Positions 38,940 to 48,868 of a stretch of DNA of 64,000 bases are shown piece after piece. Below the pieces are notes generated by a model. The model saw only the letters and a list, made by a program, of their open reading frames with translations. It did not search any database and was not told the origin of the DNA. Where the stretch lies: NCBI GenBank assembly GCA_965208835.1, contig OZ242358.1:864001-928000 (forward strand), read 5' to 3'. Each line of letters opens with the position of its first letter. The stretch's first letter is position 1. Source of the DNA: Candidatus Latescibacterota bacterium. Its GTDB lineage: Bacteria > Latescibacterota > UBA2968 > GCA-2709665. The translations under genes and the position numbers were made by a program.

Positions 38940-39458
38940 ATGATCCTGTCAGGAAAGATGATCCACGAGCGAATCGGAAAAGACATCGTCATAGAGCCGT
39001 TCGATCGGGCCAGGCTCAATCCGAACAGCTACAATCTCTCGCTCGCGGATGAACTGGTCGTCTATGAAGACGGCGTTCTGGATATGAAGAGGAAGAATAC
39101 CACGCGGTCTATTCAGATTCCCGTCGACGGGTTCGAGTTGCAACCCCGGACGCTCTATCTCGGCCGAACGGCGGAATTCACCAGAACGGAGAGTTTCGTC
39201 CCCATGCTCGAGGGGCGCTCATCCGTTGGCAGACTGGGGCTGTTTGTGCACGTCACCGCGGGTTTCGGCGACGTGGGTTTCGCCGGATACTGGACGCTTG
39301 AGATGTTTTGCATTCAACCGGTCCGGATCTATCCGAACGTGGAAATCTGCCAGATTTACTATCATACCCTGGGTGGCGATTTCGAAACCTATAATAGTGC
39401 GAAATATCAGAACAACAGGGGCATTCAGCCAAGTCGCATGTATCTGGACTTCACTTGA
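38940..39458 (+). CDS. dcd: dCTP deaminase
   Basis: NPNSYNL, EGRSSVGRLG, AGFGDVGF, WTLE, ICQI and KYQ. GAGGA SD before ATG 38940. Confidence 0.93.
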   Translation: MILSGKMIHERIGKDIVIEPFDRARLNPNSYNLSLADELVVYEDGVLDMKRKNTTRSIQIPVDGFELQPRTLYLGRTAEFTRTESFVPMLEGRSSVGRLGLFVHVTAGFGDVGFAGYWTLEMFCIQPVRIYPNVEICQIYYHTLGGDFETYNSAKYQNNRGIQPSRMYLDFT

Positions 39459-39546
39459 AAAATCCCAGGAAGCCAGACGCGTCTGGAAATGGGTCCGCTG
39501 GGGGACTCGATGTGTGCCGCACGTGGTCCTTCGAGTCCGGTTTCCA

Positions 39547-40104
39547 ATGGTTCGCGGATTGAACTCTAACGCCAACATACGGGCATTCCTCGCCGGCAAG
39601 TCATCTTTTTTCGAGACGGAAATCCGGTGGTCGGACGGAACGCTCCCTCTGCGCGTGCGCTATTACCGTTCCAATGAACTCCCGCCGGACCGGTATGTAA
39701 CGTCCGTTCGATGTCTCGTTTTCCAGGACGAATCCGTTCTCGTTCTTCGCAATCGCGAGGGGTATCACATTTTGCCGGGAGGACGCCGTGAAGAGGGGGA
39801 AAGCTTCGAGCAGACGCTTCGTCGCGAAGTTGCGGAGGAGACGGGCTGGACGATTCGAGCTGTCACGCGACTGGGATTCATCCACCTGGAACATAAAGGG
39901 CCGAAACCTGCCGGATACCGGTTCCCTCACCCTCACTTTTTTCAGATCGTCTACACGGCCTGCGCTTCCGAGTATATGCCGGATTCAAAGGGTGATGACG
40001 ACTATGAGGAGTCGGCGGCACTTGTCCTGATGGGCCAACTTGCCTGCCTCGGTATATCCGAAGCCGAATTGGAATTTGTACGGTTTGCGAGGGAAGGTAC
40101 GTGA
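39547..40104 (+). CDS. NUDIX hydrolase
   Basis: Nudix box PGGRREEGESFEQTLRREVAEETG. Start uncertain. Confidence 0.85.
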   Translation: MVRGLNSNANIRAFLAGKSSFFETEIRWSDGTLPLRVRYYRSNELPPDRYVTSVRCLVFQDESVLVLRNREGYHILPGGRREEGESFEQTLRREVAEETGWTIRAVTRLGFIHLEHKGPKPAGYRFPHPHFFQIVYTACASEYMPDSKGDDDYEESAALVLMGQLACLGISEAELEFVRFAREGT

Positions 40105-40544
40105 TCATGTTCAGGATCGGCGTTTTCGGAATCGTCACCGATGAAGAAGACCGTGTGCTGCTTTGTCACCGGCGCGACTACGACCTGTGGAACCTGCCCG
40201 GGGGCGGCGTCGAGCCGGGCGAGAGTCCCTGGGATGCGCTCGTGCGGGAGATAGGGGAGGAGACGGGGCTGGAAGCGGCGCCCGTGCATCTCTCCGGCGT
40301 TTACAGCAAACCGGAAAGTAACGAGGTTGTGTTTTCGTTTTTCTGCCGGATAACCGGAGGCGCGGTCCGTCTCACGGACGAGGCGGACCGGATCGAGTAC
40401 TTCTCTCCGGACCGGTTTCCCCGGAACACCGTACCGAAGCAGGTGGAGCGTATCCGGGACTTTTTTTCGGACAGGACGGGAACGCACTACAAGGTCCAGG
40501 GTGGCCCGTCAGCGATCGAATTGCTCAATGAAGGTAAATTATAG
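40101..40544 (+). CDS. NUDIX hydrolase
   Basis: Nudix box LPGGGVEPGESPWDALVREIGEETG. GTGA overlap with the upstream gene. Confidence 0.9.
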   Translation: MIMFRIGVFGIVTDEEDRVLLCHRRDYDLWNLPGGGVEPGESPWDALVREIGEETGLEAAPVHLSGVYSKPESNEVVFSFFCRITGGAVRLTDEADRIEYFSPDRFPRNTVPKQVERIRDFFSDRTGTHYKVQGGPSAIELLNEGKL

Positions 40545-40596
40545 GAGATCCACCCGTCGCCCTACAACGCGGCGGGCCTCATCGGTCGACGTTGAG

Positions 40597-41205
40597 ATGT
40601 CAGACTTTCTGATCATAGGCGTTGCGATTATCCTCACGGAGCGGGATGGTTTTCTATTCGAACTCCAGAGAGAGGCGAAATGGAAGCGCGGACAGGATGG
40701 GATTATCGAGATTGGCATGAGTTGCATCGGCGGCACGGTTGAGAATGGTGAGTCCCTCGAGGACGCACTGCGGAGAGAAGCGACGGAAGAAATCGGCTGC
40801 AGAGTCGCATTCGGCAGTTCTGCGAAACCCTTTTCGTTGGACCCGGCCGGAAACGTGTCGCCGCTTCCGCCGGGTGCCGTTCCGGATGGCGTGCAGTTCC
40901 TGTGGGAAGGGGACGATCCGGGTTTTGTCCCGGGCGCCGTGGTTGCTGTGTACTCAGGCCGCGCTACCGGGCGGGCGGAGCCGGGCGACCTCTCGGGCAT
41001 CGTGACGTTGAAAACCGATCTATTCTACGAACTCGCCACGGAATCGTTCACCGTCGAGAGCCTGGAGGGGAGGGGCGGAATCCTCCAGAAGCGCGTCCGA
41101 ATTCCACGTTCCGCCCGCGTGAAGCCGGTAGGAACGGCCGCCAGGCTTCTGGAACTGCGGAGACGGCATCCTGAGTTGCTGAATCGGATTCTTCCCGGGT
41201 CCTGA
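40597..41205 (+). CDS. NUDIX hydrolase
   Basis: Nudix box GGTVENGESLEDALRREATEEIG. Confidence 0.85.
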   Translation: MSDFLIIGVAIILTERDGFLFELQREAKWKRGQDGIIEIGMSCIGGTVENGESLEDALRREATEEIGCRVAFGSSAKPFSLDPAGNVSPLPPGAVPDGVQFLWEGDDPGFVPGAVVAVYSGRATGRAEPGDLSGIVTLKTDLFYELATESFTVESLEGRGGILQKRVRIPRSARVKPVGTAARLLELRRRHPELLNRILPGS

Positions 41206-41296
41206 TTGGAGACCATCCGATCTCCCGTTTCAACGTATTTTGCATTTTGTACGATTCGGAACGACGCACAGAAGGGGCTTCCCCGGGGTCCAATCC

Positions 41297-42091
41297 ATGA
41301 ACGAAATACACGAAGTCAACCGCCGGCGATGGGACGAAATGGCAGAGGATTGGGAGGAACGTCTGAATCGCGACGGCCTCTGGCGCCGGTGTCAACGGGA
41401 ACCCGGGTTGGCATTCGAAGGCGGGGCGCTCGAGACGATCCGGGAGATGATCGGGACGTTTGGCGGTAAGCGGGTCTGTGTGATCGGCAGCGGAGACAAC
41501 CTGGCGGCCTATGCGCTTGCGAGCCTGGGCGCCAGGGTAACGTCAACGGACATCTCCGGGGAGCGGCTGAGACTGGCCGCGGTCCGGGCGGATGCGCTGG
41601 GCCTGTCGATAGAATTCGTTCGTTCTGATGCCGCTCGCCTCGATTCGCTGTCCGATTCGAGCTTTGATCTCGTCTGTTCGACGAACGGCTTTTTCGTGTG
41701 GATCGCCGATCTCTACGGCGTATTCTCGGAGGTCGCACGTATCCTGAAATCGGGAGGCGCATACGTCTTCTACGACGTTCATCCCTTCACCCGCCCGTGG
41801 AAGGAACAGGTCGCACCAGTAGAATTGACGAAAACCTATTGGGATTCCGGCCCCTTTCACGGGTCCGAAGAGGATTCGTACGAGCACCACTGGACCCTCG
41901 CCGACCTGCTCAATCCACTGGCGCAGGCCGGATTGGTGTTGATAAGAGTCATCGAGAGTCGGGCTCGGGACTCCGCATACTGGCAGGGAGGCAATGGGGC
42001 GGCCGGTACGGACGATGCACTGCTGGACTGGCGCGTGAATCCGCGTGCCGGTCTTCCTGCGTGGTTGACCGTCGCCGCATCGGCGCCTTGA
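41297..42091 (+). CDS. class I SAM-dependent methyltransferase
   Basis: NRRRWD, VCVIGSGD, DIS, SFDLV, ILKSGG and HPF. Confidence 0.87.
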   Translation: MNEIHEVNRRRWDEMAEDWEERLNRDGLWRRCQREPGLAFEGGALETIREMIGTFGGKRVCVIGSGDNLAAYALASLGARVTSTDISGERLRLAAVRADALGLSIEFVRSDAARLDSLSDSSFDLVCSTNGFFVWIADLYGVFSEVARILKSGGAYVFYDVHPFTRPWKEQVAPVELTKTYWDSGPFHGSEEDSYEHHWTLADLLNPLAQAGLVLIRVIESRARDSAYWQGGNGAAGTDDALLDWRVNPRAGLPAWLTVAASAP

Positions 42092-42175
42092 GGAAAGCAT
42101 ATCCGGAACGCGAGCCGATCAAGCTTCCGAAATTCCGTGGCTGATTGTCATCCATAAGAGAAAGGATTTCATCAC

Positions 42176-42841
42176 ATGAAGTCCCATCTGGTGTTTCTTC
42201 ACACAACTCCCGTGTTGATCGATACCTTCGATCGGCTTGTAGCGGAAGCCGATACGGAATTGCCAGTCAGACACATTGTGGAAGAGGGATTCCTGACCGA
42301 AGCCCGCGAGAAGGGGATCAGCCAGGACCTGGATGGACGTATTCAGGGCCGTATCGACGCCGCAATCGAAGAAGGGGCGCGCGTGGTACTCTGCACATGT
42401 TCTACAATTGGCGCGAGTGCGGAAAGCGCGAATGACTCAACGGACGGCGTCGTCGTTCGGGTCGATCGCCCGATGGCGGAGAAAGCTGTGGAAATCGGTT
42501 CACGAATCATTGTTGCCGCGGCACTCGAGAGTACGCTCGCGCCAACTCGAAATCTGATTCTTGAAGTCGCAAGTACGCGCAAGAAACGCATTGATCTCAT
42601 CGAGGTTCTATGTGACAACGCGTGGAGCAGGCTCGAGGAGGGCGACAACGAGGGATATTTCAGTGAAATCGCCAGCAAGCTGAAGGAGCGTGCGTCCGAA
42701 GGAGACGTCATCGTACTTGCGCAGGCCTCGATGGCGGGAGCCGCAATACTGTGCCCGGAAATCTCGATTCCGATCCTCAGCAGCCCGGATATTGGATTTC
42801 AACATGCGTTGGAACTTTGGAAACAAGAACGAAGGGATTGA
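42176..42841 (+). CDS. aspartate/glutamate racemase family protein
   Basis: FLHT, LCTCSTIG, RVDRPMA, VLAQASMA and LSSP. Confidence 0.83.
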   Translation: MKSHLVFLHTTPVLIDTFDRLVAEADTELPVRHIVEEGFLTEAREKGISQDLDGRIQGRIDAAIEEGARVVLCTCSTIGASAESANDSTDGVVVRVDRPMAEKAVEIGSRIIVAAALESTLAPTRNLILEVASTRKKRIDLIEVLCDNAWSRLEEGDNEGYFSEIASKLKERASEGDVIVLAQASMAGAAILCPEISIPILSSPDIGFQHALELWKQERRD

Positions 42842-42875
42842 AGTCGCCAACCAGCCAAGCGACTCGCTGAAAGGC

Positions 42876-42900
42876 GGGCGCCCACAAGGGGCGCCCCTGC
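42876..42900. repeat. REP-like palindrome
   Basis: GGGCGCCC-ACAAG-GGGCGCCC followed by CTGC, a variant of the CTAC/GTAG REP foot. Confidence 0.65.
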
Positions 42901-42954
42901 GCCGAAAAATACCTCGTGTGAGACGAGTGGGCGACAAATCTGGTGACTTGCTGA

Positions 42955-43800
42955 ATGGACGCTTATGAATCAACCGTACGGGATGTTCTGGTCGATCCGG
43001 TCGAATCTATCGTTCGGATCGATGAAGGCTGGACGAATGTCGTATTGGAGGCAAACGGGAAGTGGGTATTTCGATTCGTGAGGGACCGTTCGAATACGCA
43101 GCTTGCCGTTGAGCAGGCATTTCTACCCCAATTCAAGGAACATTCCCCACTTCCGATCCCCGAAATACGGTACTCGGGCGCCGATTTCATCGCCTACGAA
43201 AAGATTGAGGGCGTCAAGTTCTCCGAATCTGTCTTCCGGAGTCTGGGCAGGCGTGAGAGGACCTCACACGCAGCGGCCCTTGGCGACTTTCTGTCGTGTC
43301 TCCACGCCTTTTTGTTTGAACACCGGGATCTCAAGCCCGCGCCGTTCGGTGGCTGCGATTTCTGGGAGGAGTTGTGGCCGGCCGCCGCGCCGCATCTGCG
43401 GTCCGATCTCCGGAAGCAAGCCGAAGGCTACTTTCGTCTAGCGCTGTCGAGAATTGCGTCCGCGGCGTACCCAACGGTCGTTACCCATTCGGATTTTGGA
43501 ACCAGCAACGTCCTGATCGACGTGGCGGGATCGAAGCTGACCGGTGTCATCGATTTCGGCGACATCAGCCTGAGAGATCCCGCGGCTGATTTCGCGGCAT
43601 TCTACCGAAGGTTCGGGAAGCGGTTCGCCGAGGATATGGTCCAGGCCTATCGGCTACCGCTTGGCGAGGATTTCTGGACGAGGGTGGATTTCCATTCGAA
43701 GCGAAAGCTCTTCTTCGTCCTCTTCTTTGCTCTGAATCACGGCTTCGAGGAGCACGTTGCCGGTCTCGTCAGCGCGATAGAAACCCAGTTTGGAAAGTGA
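42955..43800 (+). CDS. aminoglycoside phosphotransferase family protein
   Basis: EGWTN, HSDFGTSNVL (Brenner motif), IDFGD and DPAADF. Confidence 0.88.
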   Translation: MDAYESTVRDVLVDPVESIVRIDEGWTNVVLEANGKWVFRFVRDRSNTQLAVEQAFLPQFKEHSPLPIPEIRYSGADFIAYEKIEGVKFSESVFRSLGRRERTSHAAALGDFLSCLHAFLFEHRDLKPAPFGGCDFWEELWPAAAPHLRSDLRKQAEGYFRLALSRIASAAYPTVVTHSDFGTSNVLIDVAGSKLTGVIDFGDISLRDPAADFAAFYRRFGKRFAEDMVQAYRLPLGEDFWTRVDFHSKRKLFFVLFFALNHGFEEHVAGLVSAIETQFGK

Positions 43801-43852
43801 TGGGTTCAATTTTTCTATGGACTTCCGATAATTCCATTCAACAGGTGAAGAG

Positions 43853-44491
43853 ATGAGGGCTGGCGCGTTTGATCTCGACGAGATCCGGTGCATCGTCTTC
43901 GATTTTGGTCGTACGCTGTCATCGGACCCCTATTTCAAGGTATCCCCGCCGGGATGTTCCGGGTGGCATCGAATCATCCAAGAGCATGTATTCGCCAAAC
44001 GGCATATCTGCCGGATGTGGATGACGAATGTTCTGAGGCTGGGAGATATAGCGGCCATTGTCTCCGATCATGCGGATTTGGATACTTCTGCCGTTTTGAA
44101 GACGATGGAGTTGGGATGCAGAGACCTTGACTTCAACGAGGCCGTCCTGAATTTCGCGCTGACGCAGAGAAGCCAGGGAAGAAGAACGGCGATTGTAACT
44201 GCCAATATGGATGTCTTCTCGGACGTCGTCGTTCCTTATCATGGATTGGGCGAGAAATTCGACGTTATTGTCAATTCTTCCGACTACGGCGAGCTTGACA
44301 AGCGCGTACTCTGGCCCATTGCATTTAAGGCGCTTGGAGACGATATACACTATGGAAATAGTCTCCTGATAGAAGATGGCAGCAGGGAACCGGAGTTATT
44401 CAGAGAACGTGGCGGTTTTGCCTATCAATACACCGATGACAAGAGCTTTGCCACGTGGTTGGACGAGGATGTGCTCAGAATCGAAAGGTGA
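43853..44491 (+). CDS. HAD-like hydrolase
   Basis: VFDFGRTL, IVTAN, K and LLIED. Confidence 0.75.
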   Translation: MRAGAFDLDEIRCIVFDFGRTLSSDPYFKVSPPGCSGWHRIIQEHVFAKRHICRMWMTNVLRLGDIAAIVSDHADLDTSAVLKTMELGCRDLDFNEAVLNFALTQRSQGRRTAIVTANMDVFSDVVVPYHGLGEKFDVIVNSSDYGELDKRVLWPIAFKALGDDIHYGNSLLIEDGSREPELFRERGGFAYQYTDDKSFATWLDEDVLRIER

Positions 44492-44500
44492 GATTTCGAT

Positions 44501-45049
44501 ATGCTGTCGGAAGTTATCGAAACAGAACGGTTGAGACTCAGACCATACGGCCTCGACGACGTTGAAGACGTCCTGTTGTACGCGTCCGATCCGGAGTGGG
44601 CGCGTTATCTAGGCCCGGTTCCCCAACCCTATACGAGAGCCGACGCGGAGGGATTTCTGGCAAGCCAACTGTCGCAGGACCGTACGAAACGCGCGTCCTG
44701 GGCGATTGAATACGCCGGATCCGCCGTCGGCGGCGTCAATATCGGATTCGACGCCGAGAATCGCGTCGGCACAATCGGCTATAGCATTGCCAGGCGCCTT
44801 TGGGGGAAGGGGTTGGCCACGGAAGCGGCCGGCGCCGTTATCGACGCATCGTTTGCCGCGTGTCCCGAGCTGAATCGCATTCAGGCGACGACCGACGAGC
44901 GGAACCTCGGCTCCCTCCGGATCATGGAGAAGCTTGGCATGGTCCGCGAGGGCTTCCTGCGCCAGCACCAATACGTGCGAGGGGAATTCCGGAACACGGT
45001 GTGGTGTGGACTGTTGCGATGCGAATGGGTGGCACTCAAGCATAAGTGA
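44501..45049 (+). CDS. GNAT N-acetyltransferase (RimJ/RimL type)
   Basis: IETERLRLRP, WGKGLATEA and NLGSLRIMEKLGM. Confidence 0.92.
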   Translation: MLSEVIETERLRLRPYGLDDVEDVLLYASDPEWARYLGPVPQPYTRADAEGFLASQLSQDRTKRASWAIEYAGSAVGGVNIGFDAENRVGTIGYSIARRLWGKGLATEAAGAVIDASFAACPELNRIQATTDERNLGSLRIMEKLGMVREGFLRQHQYVRGEFRNTVWCGLLRCEWVALKHK

Positions 45050-45549
45050 GGGAGATTGTGGGAATCAGCCTTAGAAGAGCGTCTATTGCAGATGCGGAGA
45101 CAATTCACAAGCTTCAAGTCGAGTCTTTTTTGCCGCTCCTCCGCAAATACCAAGATTACGAAACGAACCCGGCTAGCGACAGTGTTGAGCGTATAATCGC
45201 CAGATTGAAACAGCCCCAAACGAGTTTCTTTATCGTCGTGCTCGATGTCGTGCCGATCGGTGCGATCAGAGTAATATTCGATGACCGGGTCAAGAGTGCG
45301 AGAATCAGCCCGATGTTTATTGTCCCAAGACATCAGGGAAAGGGCTATGGCCAAGAAGCTATTGAACTTATCGAAGGTGCCGTTCAGGCCGAGCACTGGG
45401 AACTCGAAACCATCCTGCAGGAAAATGGCAACTGTTATTTTTACGAGAAAAACGGCTATCGGAGAACTGGAATTCCTCGCGAGGTTAATTCCAAAATGAC
45501 CATTGTTTCTTACGAAAAATCAACAGGAGGAAGTAGGACCAATGAGTGA
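45046..45549 (+). CDS. GNAT N-acetyltransferase
   Basis: PRHQGKGYG and FYEKNGY. Visibly more AT-rich than its neighbours. Confidence 0.88.
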   Translation: MREIVGISLRRASIADAETIHKLQVESFLPLLRKYQDYETNPASDSVERIIARLKQPQTSFFIVVLDVVPIGAIRVIFDDRVKSARISPMFIVPRHQGKGYGQEAIELIEGAVQAEHWELETILQENGNCYFYEKNGYRRTGIPREVNSKMTIVSYEKSTGGSRTNE

Positions 45550-45640
45550 CCGTAACGTGTATGTAGAGAAACGCAAAGCAAGAGACCCTGAATTCGCGAA
45601 ATGGGAACAGATGCGGACTACGAACAGCACGCCCGATTGA
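45542..45640 (+). pseudogene. N-terminal remnant of an XRE antitoxin
   Basis: Strong AGGAGG SD. MSDRNVYVEKRKARDPEFA, then an out-of-frame DADYEQ, resembles the MSDLxxY..RKxRDPEFA..GYE start of HigA-like antitoxins. The HTH is missing. Confidence 0.5.
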
Positions 45641-45663
45641 GTTACGCGGAGGGAGTACGCTTA

Positions 45664-46392
45664 ATGAGCGAACAGGTGGGAAAAACCCTTGATGGAAAGG
45701 GCGCGGTGATCACCGGCGCCGGTCGCGGCATCGGCCGGGCGATCGCGCTTGGCTACGCGCGGGCGGGCGCGTCGGTCTGCTGCGCGGCGAGGACCGAAAG
45801 CGAGATCCAGGAAACCGTGGGGGAGGTCCGGGCGGAAGGCGGGACCGCGGTCGCGTTCCAGGCCGACGTCAGGCAACAGGAGACGGTCCAGGCGCTTTTT
45901 GAATTTGCGGAAGCGGAACTCTCCGGAATTGACATTGCCGTCCTAAATGCGGGCGTGAACCTTGACCGGGGACCCGTCGAGGGCGGCGACCCCGCGGCCT
46001 GGGAGGAGACGATTCGCACGAATCTGCTTGGCGCATACTATTGCGCCAGGTCGGCGATTCCGGCCATGAAGCGGCGGGGCGGCGGAAAGATCATCACCAT
46101 CGGCTCCGGAATGGGCCACAGGGGAATCGCGGAGAGTTCGGCCTACAGCTGCTCGAAAGCCGGTCTCTGGATGTTGACGCGCGTACTCGCGCAGGAACTC
46201 CGTGAGCACAACATCAGCGTAAACGAACTCATCCCTGGACCGGTACGAACGGATATCGTCTCGAAACTCCACTTCGAAGGCGAGTGGTTCAAATCGCCTG
46301 AAGACGTCGTGCCGATGGCGCTCTTTCTGGCGACGCAGCCCGAAATCGGCCCCACCGCGCAGAGTTACAGTCTCATGCGGCGGGATACGTGA
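45664..46392 (+). CDS. SDR family oxidoreductase
   Basis: TGAGRGIG, NAG, YSCSK (YxxxK) and PGPVRT. Confidence 0.92.
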   Translation: MSEQVGKTLDGKGAVITGAGRGIGRAIALGYARAGASVCCAARTESEIQETVGEVRAEGGTAVAFQADVRQQETVQALFEFAEAELSGIDIAVLNAGVNLDRGPVEGGDPAAWEETIRTNLLGAYYCARSAIPAMKRRGGGKIITIGSGMGHRGIAESSAYSCSKAGLWMLTRVLAQELREHNISVNELIPGPVRTDIVSKLHFEGEWFKSPEDVVPMALFLATQPEIGPTAQSYSLMRRDT

Positions 46393-46448
46393 GTGGATGG
46401 AATCATCGAGGCTGAATCGGACGGAAGGATTCACAGAGATTGCAACGA

Positions 46449-47486
46449 ATGGAAACACGACTGGCCAGCATGGAGGATATTCGGGCTCTATCCGACGATA
46501 AACCTGACGTCTCCCGCGCTCAGATCGACGCACTTCTGCAGAAACATGGTTTTAGTGCGTCCGGGTCCATTCAGCGCCTGGACGGCAATTTTACAAATCT
46601 GACGCTCGACGTGGAGACCCGGTCCCAGGGACGGATTTTCCTGAAGATCCAGTTCCGGCAGTCCCGTGGCTTCAGTCTGAAGACCGAGTACATCGCCACG
46701 CGGGCGCTGCAGGTCGTCGATGGCGTTCCCGTGTCCCGATCCCTGTTGTTCGACGGCGACGGGGAACCGCTTCCTTTCGAATGTCTCCTGATTCCCTGCG
46801 AACCGGGTGAGCCGGGCATCGGCTTTTACCGGGGTGCGTCCCGATCGATGCGACTGCGGCTGGGCGCCCTCCTTGGCGAGACCCTGGCGCGCGTGCACAG
46901 TCTGAATAGTCCGGAAGTGCTCCGGACGGAGAGTACGAGAGACCTGGCATCGTGGAATCCCACCGTCCGGGACGCCTTGTTTGGCGACGCGGCGTTGGTT
47001 TCTTCGATTGAGGCGACGCTGCCTGAGCTTTGGGACGGGTTGCTGGCCGTCCTGGACCCCGCGCCTGAGGTGAGGTTAACCGGCCGTAACGTCTTTTTGT
47101 GGGGCGAACCGGGACTGCACAACGTGCTCGTGGAGAACGGTGGTTCGTTGCGGATCGCCAATGTCCACGACTTCCAGTCGGCGGGCTGGGGAACCCCACT
47201 GCGGGACCTGCAACAGGTTGAAGGCGAAACCCTGGCAAGGCCGGACTCGGATTGCTATGAACCCGGATACGTTGAGGCATTTCGATCTTCCTACCTGGCC
47301 GCAATAGGGAAACCGCTCGAGCCGCTATCACCCGATGAGGAAAAGCTGCTGGAGATTGTAAAGAATATCCGCGTGATACGGTTTTTCTGGGACTGCGGCC
47401 GCCTCCTTCACCCCAGGACGCCTGACTTCCTCGGCGCCGCAGTATCTGGCCTGGAGAGTCTCCACGACTCAATTGCCGTGCGGTAA
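46449..47486 (+). CDS. APH/choline-kinase-like phosphotransferase (atypical motifs)
   Basis: FLKI, LARVH, WGEPGLHNVL in place of HGDxxxxN, and HDFQ in place of DFG. Start uncertain. Confidence 0.7.
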   Translation: METRLASMEDIRALSDDKPDVSRAQIDALLQKHGFSASGSIQRLDGNFTNLTLDVETRSQGRIFLKIQFRQSRGFSLKTEYIATRALQVVDGVPVSRSLLFDGDGEPLPFECLLIPCEPGEPGIGFYRGASRSMRLRLGALLGETLARVHSLNSPEVLRTESTRDLASWNPTVRDALFGDAALVSSIEATLPELWDGLLAVLDPAPEVRLTGRNVFLWGEPGLHNVLVENGGSLRIANVHDFQSAGWGTPLRDLQQVEGETLARPDSDCYEPGYVEAFRSSYLAAIGKPLEPLSPDEEKLLEIVKNIRVIRFFWDCGRLLHPRTPDFLGAAVSGLESLHDSIAVR

Positions 47487-47614
47487 GGCCGTCGCGGCCG
47501 TAGTGACTTCCGAACGGGCGATTCTGATCGTGGCCTGCCGCTGAATCGGCTTTGTCTGAGAACGCTGTTGACAAGGCTCAAAATAACGGTGCGTTAATTG
47601 GAAAGAAACGAAGT

Positions 47615-48439
47615 ATGTCCGCATTAAGGATCGGCCTTGCGTCCGTCCCGGTCGAAGCAAATGAGTCTTCGCGAAATTTAGAAACGGTCGAGCACGTGCT
47701 CGAAGAAAACGCGAATGACGATATAGACCTATTCGTGTTCGGAGAAGCGGTCCTGACCGGATTGGAAGCACAGAACGCCAGGGCCGGTGGTATTGCGGAT
47801 GCGTCCGAAGTATCACGGCGGGTCAACCGGCTGACGAAGGACTTTTCAACCGCGGTATGCGCAGGCTTTGTAGAATTGGAAGCCGGCAGATTTTATCTGA
47901 CACACTGCCTGTCGTCCGAGGGCGCACTTTACGGCGTTCAACGCAAGGTCTTTGCCGGAAACCCCGCCCGTACGCATATATTCTCGTCCGGGAAGGAGAT
48001 TCGCCCGATTCCGTTTCGTGGCCACCAGGTGGTCATCCTCGCCTGTGCGGACTGGATGCTGCCTGAAACGGTGTTGTCGGCGGGGCAGCATGAGCCTGAC
48101 CTAATGTTGGCCCCGACGGATCAGTATTCCTGGACGCCACACAATCGGTCCGTGCTGCACAAGGCAGGACAATCCGCGTCTTTCTGGTTACAGGCTCCGC
48201 TGGTTGCCGCCTTTAATTCCGCAGCGGGATCGTCAGATGAAGAGACCGAGGTCTTCGCCTGTCTCGCGTATGACTCCAGCGGCGATGAAATGGTCAAGGC
48301 GTCGAAGAACGTCGGAGAAAGTTCAGTTCACACGATCGACGTGGAACTCCGGAAAGCCCATCGGAAATGGGGTGAGTTTGAAGAGCGAAAAAGATATATT
48401 GAGTCATCCCGGGTTCCACGAAAGGGAACAGGAGATTAG
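47615..48439 (+). CDS. carbon-nitrogen hydrolase (nitrilase superfamily)
   Basis: Triad LFVFGE (Glu), QRKV (Lys) and ACAD (Cys). Confidence 0.82.
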   Translation: MSALRIGLASVPVEANESSRNLETVEHVLEENANDDIDLFVFGEAVLTGLEAQNARAGGIADASEVSRRVNRLTKDFSTAVCAGFVELEAGRFYLTHCLSSEGALYGVQRKVFAGNPARTHIFSSGKEIRPIPFRGHQVVILACADWMLPETVLSAGQHEPDLMLAPTDQYSWTPHNRSVLHKAGQSASFWLQAPLVAAFNSAAGSSDEETEVFACLAYDSSGDEMVKASKNVGESSVHTIDVELRKAHRKWGEFEERKRYIESSRVPRKGTGD

Positions 48440-48541
48440 ACAAGGTGCGGATTATCCATCGGCATCTTCGGCGAGTGCAATGTGCAAAATGCGGACAACC
48501 CTCAGAGTCAATCTCTTGCTCCAGGTCCTGGAGATACCGAC

Positions 48542-48868
48542 GTGACGAGCAGGACGCTTGATGCGGTCAAACTGTTGGTACTCGACGGTGAGATTAGAGT
48601 GTCTGCTCATGAATACGATGAAATCGCGGAGGACGGGATTAAAGTACGTGAAATTATCGAAGGATTGGAAAACGCGATTGTCGTTGAAGATTATCCGCAA
48701 TACGGCAAGGGTCCCTGCGTTCTTGTATTGCAGCGTGACAGCGAAGGCCAACCAATACATGTTGTGTGGGGAATTCCAAAGGGAGGCACTTCGCCTGCCG
48801 TCGTGGTGACGGCATATCGTCCCGGCGCACAGGATTGGGACGAAAGATTCATTGAGAGGAGACCATGA
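48542..48868 (+). CDS. DUF4258 domain protein (putative toxin)
   Basis: VSAHEYDEI, VVEDYP..KGPCVL, PIHVVWG and VVTAYRP..W. Confidence 0.8.
   Translation: MTSRTLDAVKLLVLDGEIRVSAHEYDEIAEDGIKVREIIEGLENAIVVEDYPQYGKGPCVLVLQRDSEGQPIHVVWGIPKGGTSPAVVVTAYRPGAQDWDERFIERRP

Noticed and set aside
38940-39458. Anti-phage dCTP deaminase
   Set aside because: The motifs are those of the housekeeping dUTPase-fold Dcd, not the kinase-fused zinc deaminase type.
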